The notes below the pieces were generated by a model. That model did no database searches, had not been told where the DNA came from, and worked only from the letters and a program-made list of their open reading frames with translations. Both the position numbers and the translations under genes were made by a program. Of a stretch of 64,000 nucleotides of DNA, positions 36,301-49,200 are shown piece after piece; the stretch's first letter is position 1, and the number at the start of each line of letters is the position of its first letter. The stretch is from assembly GCF_052425735.1 (NCBI RefSeq), contig NC_135770.1, positions 2,170,001 to 2,234,000 of the forward strand. The letters run 5' to 3'. The stretch comes from Oculina patagonica (lineage: Eukaryota).

Positions 36301-39300
36301 TTTTTGATTGGTTAAAACACTTTGCATAAGTGGTTGTTTTTGTCAAGAGAAAATGGATAGTAAAACCAAAGTCCTCTCATTATACGACGGTGTAAGGAAC
36401 AAAAATAAAGCAATTTAAGGACTCGCGAATTTAAAGGCCTGGCAAAACGAGAAAACATTTTCCAGAAACACCCGGAGCGCGCCCTTTTTTTTTCCCCAAC
36501 GTTTCCCAGTTTTGCCACAGAGAAGAATTGTTTCCAGCGTCAATTTTGTTTCCAAGAAGCAAAATTTGCTTCTGCTACACGGCAGAAACATTTCGTGTTT
36601 CCGCGCGGCATGGAAGCATGGCAAAACCAGGAAACAATTATGGAAGCATGTTTCCAGCATGTTTTTGGAAACATGTTTCCTCGTTTCGCCGGTCCTTAAC
36701 AATTCATCTTTTTAAGTTACTGCAGGTTTTTATAGAAACTAAACTGCGAGTAGTTACCGTTCCTTTTCTTAATAGAGTCTTTCTTTGCTCAACGTGTAAA
36801 GAAAAAATAATATTAGTAATAATTGATCGATCGTTTTTTTTTTCTTTAGGTTGCTGCGGGAAGTTTTGCGTCGCCGCTGGTTGGTGGATCTGCGCAAGTA
36901 CGATCTCTAACTCATAAATTATTTGTTCGAATTTAAAGAAAATCAGAACCATGGTTACTGATAGTTAGCATAGATTTTCACGATTTTATTTCTCCATTTT
37001 TTATCGCCATCCTATGAACAGAAAATCGTTATTTTGGGAAGGCACTTTTTATCAAAATTTTAAAAAAGAAGAGAAAAAGCGCTTCTTTCATGCTTTGATC
37101 TCTTCCAGCTTTCATATTTTTCCTTCTTGTTATAACAAAACAGGGTTTATTAACGTTTTCATTTCTTTCACAAAGTGTCGGAGCAATATCAAGAAAGCCT
37201 TCTCATCCGTGGACCAGCTTATAGCACAGAAAGAGTTTAAAACATTGGAGAAAGACTTTTCGTCGTGCGGTGATATTTCACATCCGAATGACACTTATGT
37301 TTTCACGCAGAACCTTGAGACTTTTCTTGACTCGACAGTTCAGTATAATGGTCAAGCCTCTGGAATAACTATAGAACTAGTGTGTCAGTATATGACAAAT
37401 CCATCCACGACTCCTTATCAAGGTCTTGTGTATCTAGTTCATGTAAGTATAATAGTATGTAAACGTTCATTATTGCCTTTTGTGTAAATTTGGATATATA
37501 TATAGCCTTCTTCGTAGACGTTCTTCTGCGTAGGGGGCGAGGATATCTATGACGAGAAGTCAGCGTCATTTATTAAACGTGCAATAATGAATGAATGATG
37601 GAATGTATAAACGAACGAACAAACGAGCGAGCGAGCGAAAGAACGAAAGAACACAAAAAACGAAAGAATGAAAGAATGAATAAAGAAAAAGGAGAAAGGG
37701 AGGAAGGAATGAAGGAAGGAAGAAAGAAAAGAAGGAATAGATGAATTGATGGACGGACGGACGGACGGACGGATGGATGGATGAGACCCTCGGTAGGACC
37801 CTAGGGACGCGAGTTTGCAAAGATTTCTTACTTTTATTTTGCAGCACTATCTCGTATTGATGAGACTTTCTTGCCTTAACAATAACTACACAACCTACAT
37901 GGAATTGTTCAAGAACACTACCCAAGATCCCACAGGCGCCGCCTTGTATCGTCAGTGGACGTACCAGACCTGCACACAGTTTGGATACTGTAGGTTCATT
38001 TGTTTTGTTTGTTTCTTTTATATTGTAGACATAGCACACATACACATAGTCTCAATAGTTTTCCCTGCATGCATTCGATTTGAAAATAGAAAATGGAGCC
38101 TGATTCCCGGGGGGGGGGGGGTACTCCCTATAATGGCCTATACGGGGAGGCTCCGCCCGAAAGGGGTACCTTTTTCAGGCTTCAGATATACAAAAGGGTA
38201 GGGATTTCACGAGTTTAGGTATATGAAAGGGTATAGAAATCTGTCATTTAGGTTTTTAAAAGGGCCTTTCATTAAAATATTTTGGAACAGACGCAATTTA
38301 TGCCTGTATCATTTTAAATAATTAAGCGCTACATGAAAATGACAAGAAAAAGTCCTGTTTTAAGTCCACGCCACGTCTTTTAGGTATATGAAAGGGATAC
38401 CTTTTTTCAGTTAAAGGTATACGAAAGGGGTACAATTTCTGTCAAAATGGTATATAAAAGGGTAAGGGGTTAGAACTCGGGGCGGAGCCTCCCCGTATAA
38501 AATTGTTTTGAGTACCCCCCCCCCCCCCGGGGCCTGATTACATTGCCAGATGCAAACGCAGAGAAATTTGGGAAGCAGGTAAGCGCGATCGACAGCGCGA
38601 TCTCCCGGCGGGGGTTTATTTTCATCACATTTCTTTATTAATGAGCCTCTCTATGGGTATTCCCGAAGAAATCTAAGACGCGGAGATCACCGCGGACAAA
38701 ACGAAGATTGAAGCGAAGATCTGAAATTGACCAAAATTCGCGTGATTAAATTGAACACTCATATATAAAACTGTATAAAAAACTCGTAAACACTACAGAA
38801 AATATATGTAATTTCTGAATTTTGGCATTTGAACAAACAGAACGTCGCTAAAGAATCGAACGATCAGTGAATAATGCATTTTTATTGAAGTGAAATATCT
38901 ATCGACTGCTTATTACACTGAAAAACGTTCAAACCGTTTCAATCCGTAAAACGAAGATTTCCAACAAAATTACGAAGAAAACGAAGACCGTGGGTACCCA
39001 TAGAGAGGCTCAAAAATATAAAGCCACCAAGAATCCTTTACATTGCCTGAAGCAAAACATCACGCAACCAATCAGAAGGCGTGTTATACGTCAAGAACTA
39101 CAGCGCGCTGTGTTAGCGTTTCTGATTGGTCGGGTAACAGCCAATCAGAGACACGTTTAGATTTTCAGTTACGAAAAGCAGGCCGTTGGAGATATGGGTA
39201 CAAGAATAGATATTTTAACGCTGCTTATTTTAAGATTCTCTTAGTTTCAAACAGCGTCATCTTGCTTTGATGTCAAACGGAGCTGGGTATAAAAATTCGC

Positions 39301-42300
39301 AAGATTGTTAAAAATATTAGTCAGTGTTCTCTTCTTGTTTTTAGATCAGACTTGTGAACAGAACACAAGTTGTATTTATTCTTCCATATTACCTGACCTC
39401 TATTATGACCTAGCCCTCTGCTTCGATGTGTTTAATATTCCTGCTGAAGAAGTTTATCAAAGGGTAGCTTTTACAAATGCCTACTACGGAGGCGATAAAC
39501 CCAAAGGTTCAAGGATTGTTTTCGTCAATGGTAAGAAATTCAAATGCTTACTTTAAAAATTTAGTTTACTTTTCCGCTTACGGTCGGTGAGGGCTGGATT
39601 CCTTTTGATGGAGAGTTTGGGAAGAAATGGTAATAGATGGAGGACACTTTGCGACTAAAAACATCAAGCTATTGCATTGCGCATCTGTACTACGCATAAT
39701 TTCACGGACGATTAGCGTGCGCAGGTTAAAAAATAGACTTGCCACAAACCGACTCTTTCGAGCGACGAAATCGCGATAAGTCATTTTCTCGTACCTCAAA
39801 CTATGAGTATGGTGACCTATCATTTTATTTCTCTTGTTTTGAATTTCGCAATGACTTCTTTCTTTCTTTCTAAAAAAACATATAGACCAAATCTCCGTGT
39901 ACAATGAGAAACGATCATCGTAAACAGGAATTTTGCAAGTAATTGTGTAGATAATCGTTCGAGCGGTTTTCACTTGAGTGTCGAAACGTTTGCACTGGTT
40001 TTGCATTACTACGCTATGTTATTGGTTTAAAACCCTCGCGCCACTTTCTCAACCAATCAGAAGTAGAACCAAAACCAAACATGACTCGCTCGTGCACGTT
40101 TTCCCGCGCTTCGTGTCGGCTGCACGTATTTCATTGCTTCGAGCTTTGATTGGTTCACTGGATTGTCTGAGCCCTTTGTGATTGGCTATACGCCAGAGTG
40201 ATTACTTTGGTTTTGGTTTTACGACACTCAATTGAAAACAGTCCTATGATATTACAAGGAATTAACAAGGTGCTGCTGCTCCTAAACGAGTATGGGGACC
40301 CCCATTTATATTTCAAAATTAAATTTCTTATAAGATAATCAACCAATAGAAAACGTTTGGCAAAAATTTCAGCGCAGGTAGGTCCAGGTACTATTTCAGC
40401 GAAATGACCTTAAACTAGCGTACGGTAAGTCTTTTTTCAACCGAACAATGTGAAACGAAAATCAAGTTGTGAAGTTCACAAGTACCCAAACATTCCATTA
40501 CCATATAAACCGGGATAAGTGTTCCCGCATGAACGGCCTGGGGAGGGATGCTAGTTTATCGCAGTTTATACCAAGCAATGTGTGGTAACTTCAACAATTC
40601 ACCCGTATCCATTTATACACTTAGCCACACTTGGGTAAACAAAGGTACTGTGAGAGTAAAGTGACTTGCCCAGGAACACAACACAAGAATCCGGGCGAGA
40701 CTATAGCGCAACTGGCTCACTGCGCTAAAGGCCTGGCCAAACGGAGGCACAAGTTGACGCAAGTTTTCAAGCTGCATCCACTTGCGTCTCCGTTTGGCCA
40801 GGACTTGCGTTCACTTTGGTCGAGACCAAATTTGCACACAAGTCAACGCAAATTTTTCGCGCTTGGCCACTCAACACAAGTCAACGCAAGTCTTGCTGTT
40901 TACTTCAAGTACTGAATTGCAGCGCGCGCAGTTGCATTTTTTAAAACTTGCAAGTAAACTTGCGAGTAAAATTGCGAGTTCGTTTGGCCAGCCAACGCAA
41001 GTCTGTACGCAAGTTCAACTTGCGACTACTTGCGTCCAGTTTGGCCAGGGCTTAACGCCGATAAGACCACTACGACCCAAGAGAGTATGTTAAATTATGC
41101 AAAATATAGTTTGAATCTTTCATTACGCACCGTTTTATTTCTTTCGTCATCACAGGATCTATAGACCCATGGCATGCATTGAGTGTACTCACAAACCAAG
41201 GCACCTCAGAGCTGTCCATTTATATTCCTGGTACTTCCCATTGCGCCAACATGAATGCTGATCAACCCAACGATCCGCCGGCTTTGCATCAAGCGAGACA
41301 GGTTAGTTAATGTCTATATCGACTGAAAAACTTAGGAAGTCAGGTGTTAAATGTTTTGTTGCTTTCTTTTTGCGACGAAAAATAATCACAGCATTGTATA
41401 CCAGGGACTTTACAATGTACCGTATTTACTCGAATAAGCGCCGCGGCGCTTATTAAATTTTTCGCGCCTCAAGTGCGGCGCTTATTCGAGGGCGGCGCTT
41501 ATTTGAGGGCGGCGCTTATTTTAAAATTGGATGCCACAAACAATCTTATATAGACGAAACGTTAACAGTACTGCGTATTGTAAGAATTTTGGATAGAAAA
41601 AATAATGGGAGAGCGGTAAAATATAATAACTTTGAGCTGCGGAACATTGCTTTTGACGAAAAGGCATTTCCAAGGCTGTTTTAGAGTTGCTTTGTAGTGC
41701 TATTTTCAGTTAAACGGAATTCCTCGAAAAAGCGCCACATCGTGACTGCGGCGCTTATTCGGGGGCGGCGCTTATTAACTTCTTGGTCCCAAATGCGGCG
41801 TTTATTCGAGGGCGGCGCTTATTCGGGGGCGGCGCTTATTCGAGTAAATACGGTATGGGCGTTAAGACTTTTTTCTCCCCGTACTTTGTTTAGTCTTTTT
41901 GTAATAGATTTGTTTTGTAATAGAATTGGTTTTAAGTTTGCATACGTAGACTACGAGCAGTCTCTATTTTTTCGCAGAGTCCGTCGAGCTTGAAGCGAAA
42001 AAAAAGTGAACGCGCGGGGGAAGGAAGCGAAAACAAGCTCGACGGACTCTTCGAAAAAATAGGAACTGCTTGTGGTCTATTGCATACACAACACGGTGAT
42101 TGTTTCTAAAACAAAGTGGAACTTGGTTCTAGCCAATCAGACCTGAGATATTGATCTTTCAACCAATTATGACTTATAGCTTACACGCGTTTTCCCGCGC
42201 TTTTTCACGGTTTGCCCGTCACGTTTTTTCGAGTTGCAACTACTTCACTCTGTTGCTAGCAGTGGATTAACTTGTTTTGAAGATGATCTTAAATGGCCAG

Positions 42301-42393
42301 AATGTCGTTTTGTAATTTTATTTGTTTATTTTTTTGTTGTAGAAAGTTGCAATGCTCGTTGGAGAGTGGATCCGCGAACAGACTACACACTGA
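33330..42393 (+). CDS. Secreted/lysosomal serine peptidase family S28 (PRSS16/PRCP-like), copy 1, 10 exons, 492 aa
   Basis: Exons 33330-33633, 34619-34748, 35637-35760, 36151-36228, 36850-36897, 37176-37442, 37845-37989, 39345-39530, 41156-41301 and 42343-42393 total 1479 nt, open. Signal peptide, QPVDHF, FRQRYW, FLYIGGE, EHRYYG, nucleophile GGSYPG, ASSAPV, WTYQTCTQFG, NGSIDPWH (Asp) and SHC (His). Confidence 0.95.
37586..37785. repeat. Compound tetranucleotide microsatellite (ATGA/ACGA/GAAG/GGAC/GGAT)
   Basis: Visible runs. A shorter homologous tract lies at ~55387-55470 in the paralog. Confidence 0.8.
38106..38532. mobile_element. MITE with CCCGGGGGG...CCCCCCGGG termini
   Basis: CCCGGGGGGGGGGGGGTACTC ... 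GAGTACCCCCCCCCCCCCGGG. Absent from the homologous site in S28 copy 2 (~57005). A related element with a nested insertion lies at ~51842-52881. Confidence 0.65.
41420..41852. mobile_element. Tc1/mariner-pogo-type MITE (TA TSD)
   Basis: TA|CCGTATTTACTCGAATAAGCGCCGC ... GCGGCGCTTATTCGAGTAAATACGG|TA. Confidence 0.8.
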
Positions 42394-43200
42394 AGCAACT
42401 GATGAGAGAGGTGTCTTCCTGAATGACCGTTTATTGCCAAAAAATAAAATAAACTTGAGCTGGGGACCAGGCTCTGTTTACCCGAAACAAAATTATACAC
42501 TCAGTGATCTTGGTGTTTTAAGCAATCTGATTGGTTTGCTATCTCGGGCTAATTAACAATTAGTTTATGACCTCGAGATTTCAAATCAACTATCACCTCT
42601 GAACTGACCGCTCCGGAGAACTTTTTTTATTTTTGCAAAAAGTTGTATGTCGACATGCTGATCATTATTCAATAATAAAAATTAAGGGTCGCCGAAATCG
42701 TGAAAATAATTTGTGAAAACAATTTGTTCATCAATGACTTTCAGTTGTGTACTCAAGGTTATCAGTTCATTCAGTAAACCTTCTTTTAGTCTTCTCTGGA
42801 ATTGAGTTTTTCTAATAATATTTCTAAACCTTCTTTAGATCTAAATAGAAATGTCTTAAGTTTACTTGACGCTTGACTATGAATATTGAATTCTGCGAAG
42901 AAAATTCCGGCACTTCAAAGAAAATGCGCTATTTCCGAAAAAATAAGCGGGGGGGGGGGGGGGGGAGAGGCGGGCCCCGCGGCACTTTAAAGTGGATCCG
43001 CCACTGTGTCCTGGCAAAGTTTGCGGCCTACGTGGTATCAATGTTGCCTGGATAGGAAAACTAATTTACATTTGGATTTTTCCATACTTGACATAATCGC
43101 GTGACCTAGCCATGCTCCGTTTGCTGCAGTCACGCGGCTGTCAGGGGATCACGAAAACAATTCCGCTTTCATTTTAGAATATCATCAATATTCTACAATC

Positions 43201-46200
43201 ATGGCGAGGTTATTAATCCACAGTCTGCTGTTATTGTTTGCTGTTCTTCACGTCTCCTGCTTTCAAACGGAGATATTTTACAAGATCCGCCAGTTAGTGT
43301 TCAAACATCAACATTCAATTCAAGCGAGGCATGATCGAATCGATGAATACACTATAGAGCAACCCGTAGATCACTTTCAGTTTGAACCCTCACAGAAGAC
43401 GTTTAAGCAGCGTTATTGGGTAAATGCTAACTACTGGAGAAAGAGCGATGGACCAGTCTTCTTATACATCGGTGGAGAGTTCGAAATGTCTGCGCGTTTT
43501 ATTGACGGTGGTATGTAAACTGAAATTGCTTTAGTAATTATTTCATTAGTTTTCACTGCTGTTGTGTTTGTTGATTCAGTCTCTGTGCAGACACTGTGAG
43601 CTACTGTGCAAACGTGTCCACGGCCTCTATTTTGACGCGAGAGTTCAAAAAAATTGGCTCATTTTAAATTGGCTAGTTTGTATAAAGAAACTTTCTGTCT
43701 GTATCTTTATTACCTATTCGTAGTAGTCTTTCGAAGTTTGTCACGGGCCTGTTGCGGCTAGCAAATATTGCGTACTTGAACGATCGAAACACATCGCGGA
43801 AGTGGACGTGTTCGGTAACGATGCGCCGATACTCGATCCCAAATATTCGATACACCGGTATTTTGACAATTTCGTTGGTCAAACAAATCACGTGATCTAC
43901 CAACAAAGTTAATGACGTCACAGTATCGTTATCGATAAGGAAGAAAATGGCCAATAGCTCTCTCCTCCACAGAGGCTCCTTTAGTGGGGGAAGGCGAAAA
44001 ACACGGGGGGAGGATGGCGAAAACACGAAAAATGAAAAATAGGGGGAGTGTCCCCCGCTCCACCGCGGTCAAACGACAGAAATATGCAGAAAATAAGAAA
44101 AGTACTGCAAAGATAAGGTTTTAATTTTCACAGTTCAAAATTCGATACATAACCGGTATCCTAAGGGTTTACTAAGTTTTTTGGAGCTTTACTAAAAAAG
44201 TTCTACGTGTTTGAAAATAGCGATATGCGGACTTGTCGGCGCCATTTGTCAAAGCACCTTTGGTTCGGATGCGAAACATTTTAAAAGTAAAAACACTGGT
44301 TTACCTGAGGGAATGGGATTATGCTTTTACTCGGCGACTATTTTTATCTATCCTTGCTCGTAATAACACTTCAATTTGAACAAAAAAACGGCGAAATGGA
44401 AAGAAACCTGCCTGAGACGTTTGACCGTGGTGAAGTCCCCCGCGAGCTTTCGTTTCGATTCTCTCCAGGCTCGCGCGCTTACTTTTCACCTCTCCCCATT
44501 TCCCAGCCCGTACGGAACACGAAAGAGGCCTTTGCGGAGGAGAGAGAGCCAATAGCGTTTTGGTATCGTATCATTTTGAAAAACTAGTATCGGCCCTTCT
44601 TTAGTGTCTAGCTAGTTAGTGCAGACCGTCTTTTGTTTCTCATTAGCTCTCATTATCCACCCCCACCCCTTTGCGTTCGCACTCGTTCAAATCCTACGCG
44701 GGCACTGAACAAGCTTTAAAGCTGTTGACATAGTAGTGCAAACACGCATGAATATAAAAAGGTTTCTGTTGCCTTCAATAAGCGGCCTCAAGAGAACATA
44801 AGGCTCCTCTTATTTTCTCTTGGCGGTCTCCCTCTGCCTTGAGCTTCTAAAATAAAATAAGTGCCCAGGCGCTAAATCGAACCAGAACAAGACTGATAGA
44901 TTTTAAAACATTTAAAGTGGTACTATGATCAAAATTTTACCTTCCCTTTTCTCTTCGGTTTTTGAAAGTACTTACATTAAATAGTAACCTTGCCAAATTT
45001 TAAGTTCAAATTCGAATTGGAAGACCACTTATTTCACGCGTAAACTTCGGCATTGGCTTGCCGCCATTACTAGATTCAAAAATGTCCGAGGACCAAATAG
45101 AGATCTGGAACTAGTTGGGGCGAGAGCATGCTGACGTCATATGCGCATCAACAAAATGGCTTCTTCGAAGGCTGGAGTGACTGATCTGGAAAAACATTGG
45201 TTTTCTTTTTAATCTGTAGTGATGTAGAAGCCGTATCTACTGCGCAAATGTTTTTTGAACATACTTCAAGGCATCTCCAGGTCACTTTTGCACAACATAG
45301 TGGCATAAAACATTTCAAGAGGCGGAATTTCGTGACATCTTAACTCGCCCGAACCACGCAAGATGAATAATAGATCGTCTGATAACTTTGAGGGAAACTT
45401 GTACTCTTGGAAATGCTTTATAGATATTTCTCCCTGCAACCATTGTGAGGTTAACTTCTTCAACTATCCAAGGGAAGTGAATAGAATAGAACGCTTCGAA
45501 TTATCTACAGTGAGTTTACTGTATTCGCTCCTTTTTAGAAGCAAAACATTGGGCGAGTGGCGTAATTTACTTCTGTTGCTCAAGCTCTCGTGTTCTAGAA
45601 TAGTCATTTTTAAATTTATTGTAAATACTTCATGTCAAAAAGGTAATTTTTGGGCAAATCGGCCTGTATGTTCCTGAATTATATCCTCTATTGTACAAAT
45701 AAACTTAAATAAATTCGCACGAGGCGGTACATTATGTGAAAGTACATACAGAGGATGCAAAGCTTAGCAATATCTTTTTACTGATTATATGTACTGAAAA
45801 TGTTTCCATTGTAGTCCTCTGTATACACTGTAGTCTTAATAAACTCACCAGCACGTCTTCAGTGTTGGTCACTTGTTTATTTCTGCCATGCAATATAAAA
45901 CACTACAGTAGGACTGTACTTCATTGTGCAGTTATAGTATTCATAAACATTTTTTGAGAAGTAATCTCAGGATAGAACAGTGTTAGCCTGTCTCAGAGAC
46001 ATACATGCTATCCGGATTTTACTCAGTATATCTTTATTATATTTAAGTACAACAGGGGCCATGAGCTATAATATTATTATGACCTGTGCCAATCACTCAT
46101 GCTGTGTGCAACAGAGCACCTTTGAAATCCTAGCTACTCTTTATTTTAAGTTTGCAATATATTTATTTTTGGCATGCTCTTTTTGTTCATAAGTTAAGAA

Positions 46201-49200
46201 TGTAGTAGCCAACAATAAATTATGTGAATGTGCCAAAGAACCCCTGAGCTGCTGATCCATCATAATTTCTAACACAAGTACAGTCAAATCTGTACCATAA
46301 ATAAAAATGTTGCATTGATTGAGGTGAGGTGGCCTAAGTGTAAGTTGTCGGACTCCGGATCAAGCGGTTCAGGTGTGGACTCTTACTGGTGTCATTGTGC
46401 TGTGTTCTTGGGCAAGACTACTCTCATGGTGCCTCCTCTCCAAGTGTAGAATGGGAACTGGCAAATTGATGGTGTGACGAGGGCATGCAAGTTTAGTTGC
46501 TTGGTGGGCAACTAGACTTGCATGCAGACCTTGCCTTTTTGTAACAAAGGGGCAATTTTGAGGTCACACAGGACCCTTGCAACCATTATATATGTATTTA
46601 TTTAAAGAGTATACACGAACTGCGCGAGCCGACAACAAATACAGTCAAACCTGTACCATAAATAAAAATGTTGCATAGCAATGGGGTAGTTGTTTTGATT
46701 TAGGTGCAGTAACCTAATGGTCAGTGTGCAAGACTCTGAATAAAGCTGTTCAGGTGTGAGCCCAGATCAGTGTCATTACATGTATGTGGGGGTAGTGGGG
46801 AGGTTAAACCTGTGATGCAATTGTACTTCCATCTCATCCAGGTTGCTTAATCCTACTTAAACCAAGATATGCGTTGGCCTAATGGGCAAGCAGGCTTGCA
46901 TACAGACTTTGCCTTTTTGCATCAAGGGAGCAATTTATTTTAATAGGGTGGTACACGCGGAGCTGGCTTGTTTACAGTCACGTTAAGTTGACACAAGATT
47001 AGTCCCAACATTGAACTCTCAATCACATACACATACTGCAGATGCACAATGTACTGCCAGTGATATTCTCTAGAAAGAGCCACTGTCATATTGCATATGA
47101 TACCATAAAAAAAATATTTTCTTGAGTAGATGCCAGACCCCGACTCAACGCAGGCTTCATTTAAATGCCGGTTCAAAACTGGAAACGTTTGATCAAGGTC
47201 CCAGTGTTTGTTTGAGGTCCAGGTGTTCCCGTTTATGAACTTAAAACTTTATACCCTTAATATTATTTTACTTGTTCCCATGCTGTGCATATATTGTTTC
47301 AGTTATTTTTATCATCAAAAAATCACGGGGCCAAGAGGAAAACAAATGGGTGAAATAAATAAGAAAAACTACTCCTACCCAGTTTTGCTGCTACTTGTGG
47401 GACAGTTTCATAACATTATCAGTAAAATATAGAGTGAAGGACTCTATACAGCATTCAAATGGTTTTCTTATTTTAAGAAACAGGAATACTGAATGCTGGC
47501 TGTCTGAAGTGTTATTACCCATTAAAACACTTAGTTTTAAAAAGGTTTATTACCTGTATTGTAGTCAAGGAAGGTAAAACTGTATAAAACTCAAGGAGCT
47601 CAATCCATTGGTCACCTGCACCATCTTGTTGACTTTAATTTTTCTGTATAAATTTTACATTATTTCATGTTTATAAAGCTTTTTTCGGAATAAACAGCTG
47701 ACATAGATTTTATGCCCATGGCGTGTATGATAGATTACAAGAATGAAAACAACAGTAAAGATCATTTCAATCCTTCGCAAACGGCAATAGCAACCTACAT
47801 GTATATATATGCTGATATGCAGAGCTCTCTATTAATTCAAACATTGCAGACATTTTATCCTAACTATTCAATGTCGTTCTCATCATACCATGTATTCAAA
47901 CGTATGTAGTCCATGAATCGCCGTTCCTCTTCGTTCTTCGAGGCTTCTTCGATTGGACAAGAAGACGGCAGCTTCGTTGTAGGCATACAGCGCCAAAACC
48001 TCATCGAATGAAATAAATATTGAAGTATTTGCATACAAACATTGCCCTTTAGACCGACGTCAAACGGCTTTAAATTCTCATTATAAGAAACGATACCGCA
48101 AAATTGCAATGTCTCTTCGTTGCGGCTCTCTTGGGTTTCGCCACCGGGCAAACTAGACGATGAATTTGTCGAAGAAATATCTTTTATAACCCTGTTAATT
48201 CTCAGTATATTCTCTCTTGGAACACTCGAAGCTCGAAGCGACGATGCGCATATGACGTCACGGACCAACTCATGCGTAAATCCGCTTTTCAGTACAGTCG
48301 CTGGCTCACTTTAGACGTCCGAGTAATGACGGACGGGTTTTCCACGATTTTCGGCAAGCTATTTCAAGGCTTATATTGCTCGCAACGTTCTAAATTCTAG
48401 CGCACTAGTTAAATATAGACTTATTGAACAAATTGACTTTAGAAAAAGACGAAAAGAGAAACAAAAATTTTGGTCATAGTAGCACTTTAAGCGCAAGACA
48501 GGAAGAAGAATATCAAAGGAAAGTCATTTTCTGATCATTAAAATAAATGTAAATATTGTTGTTTATAGTGGTCAGTGCACTTAGCTACACCAACTGAAGC
48601 CAGTTCTTAGGCACGCCACTCAAATTGAAACGAAGTTACTGCATTAGGTACTGCTTATCCACTCAACGTCAACCATAGATATCAGAACAGTTTTTCAATA
48701 ATTAATTTAATTAATTTGTAAATGCACTTCTAGCTGTGTAACGAGAATTCTCAAACTCATTAATAATTCATGACGTTATAAGCAAACCAGAGCGCCCCAT
48801 TCGGGTCAGGTGGATGAGTTGGAAACTCAATGAAACACCAGTTGAAAATCACTAGTGTTTCATCACGTTTTCATCACTAGTGTTTCATCACGTTTTCATC
48901 ACTAGTGAAAAAATTGTTCTTAATCTGCATATTCATATATTACTCAAACACAGCTTTACATGAATCATTAATTTTTAATAAACAATGACCAGGAAAAACA
49001 TTTCAAATTACAAACTGACAAGCCTAAGTCATTTGAAATTAAAGTTTACAGTACATTTCTTAAAGTCGCCAAAACAGACTGGCATAGTATCCATATCCAC
49101 ATTCTGAGAAACTTTTTCTACCTTCCGTGACACGGACTCACTGCTGGAATCGACACTAATTGTCGCACTTACTGTTGAGGATTCCAACTTAGGACCAAGT

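Noticed and set aside
47864-48268. 134-aa ORF inside the Kolobok-like element as a transposase or KolX gene
   Set aside because: No recognisable DDE or Cys-rich motif could be confirmed by eye; left uncalled.
48848-48907. Short direct repeats resembling a CRISPR array
   Set aside because: The units are contiguous with no unique spacers, the context is eukaryotic, and they are subterminal repeats of the Crypton.
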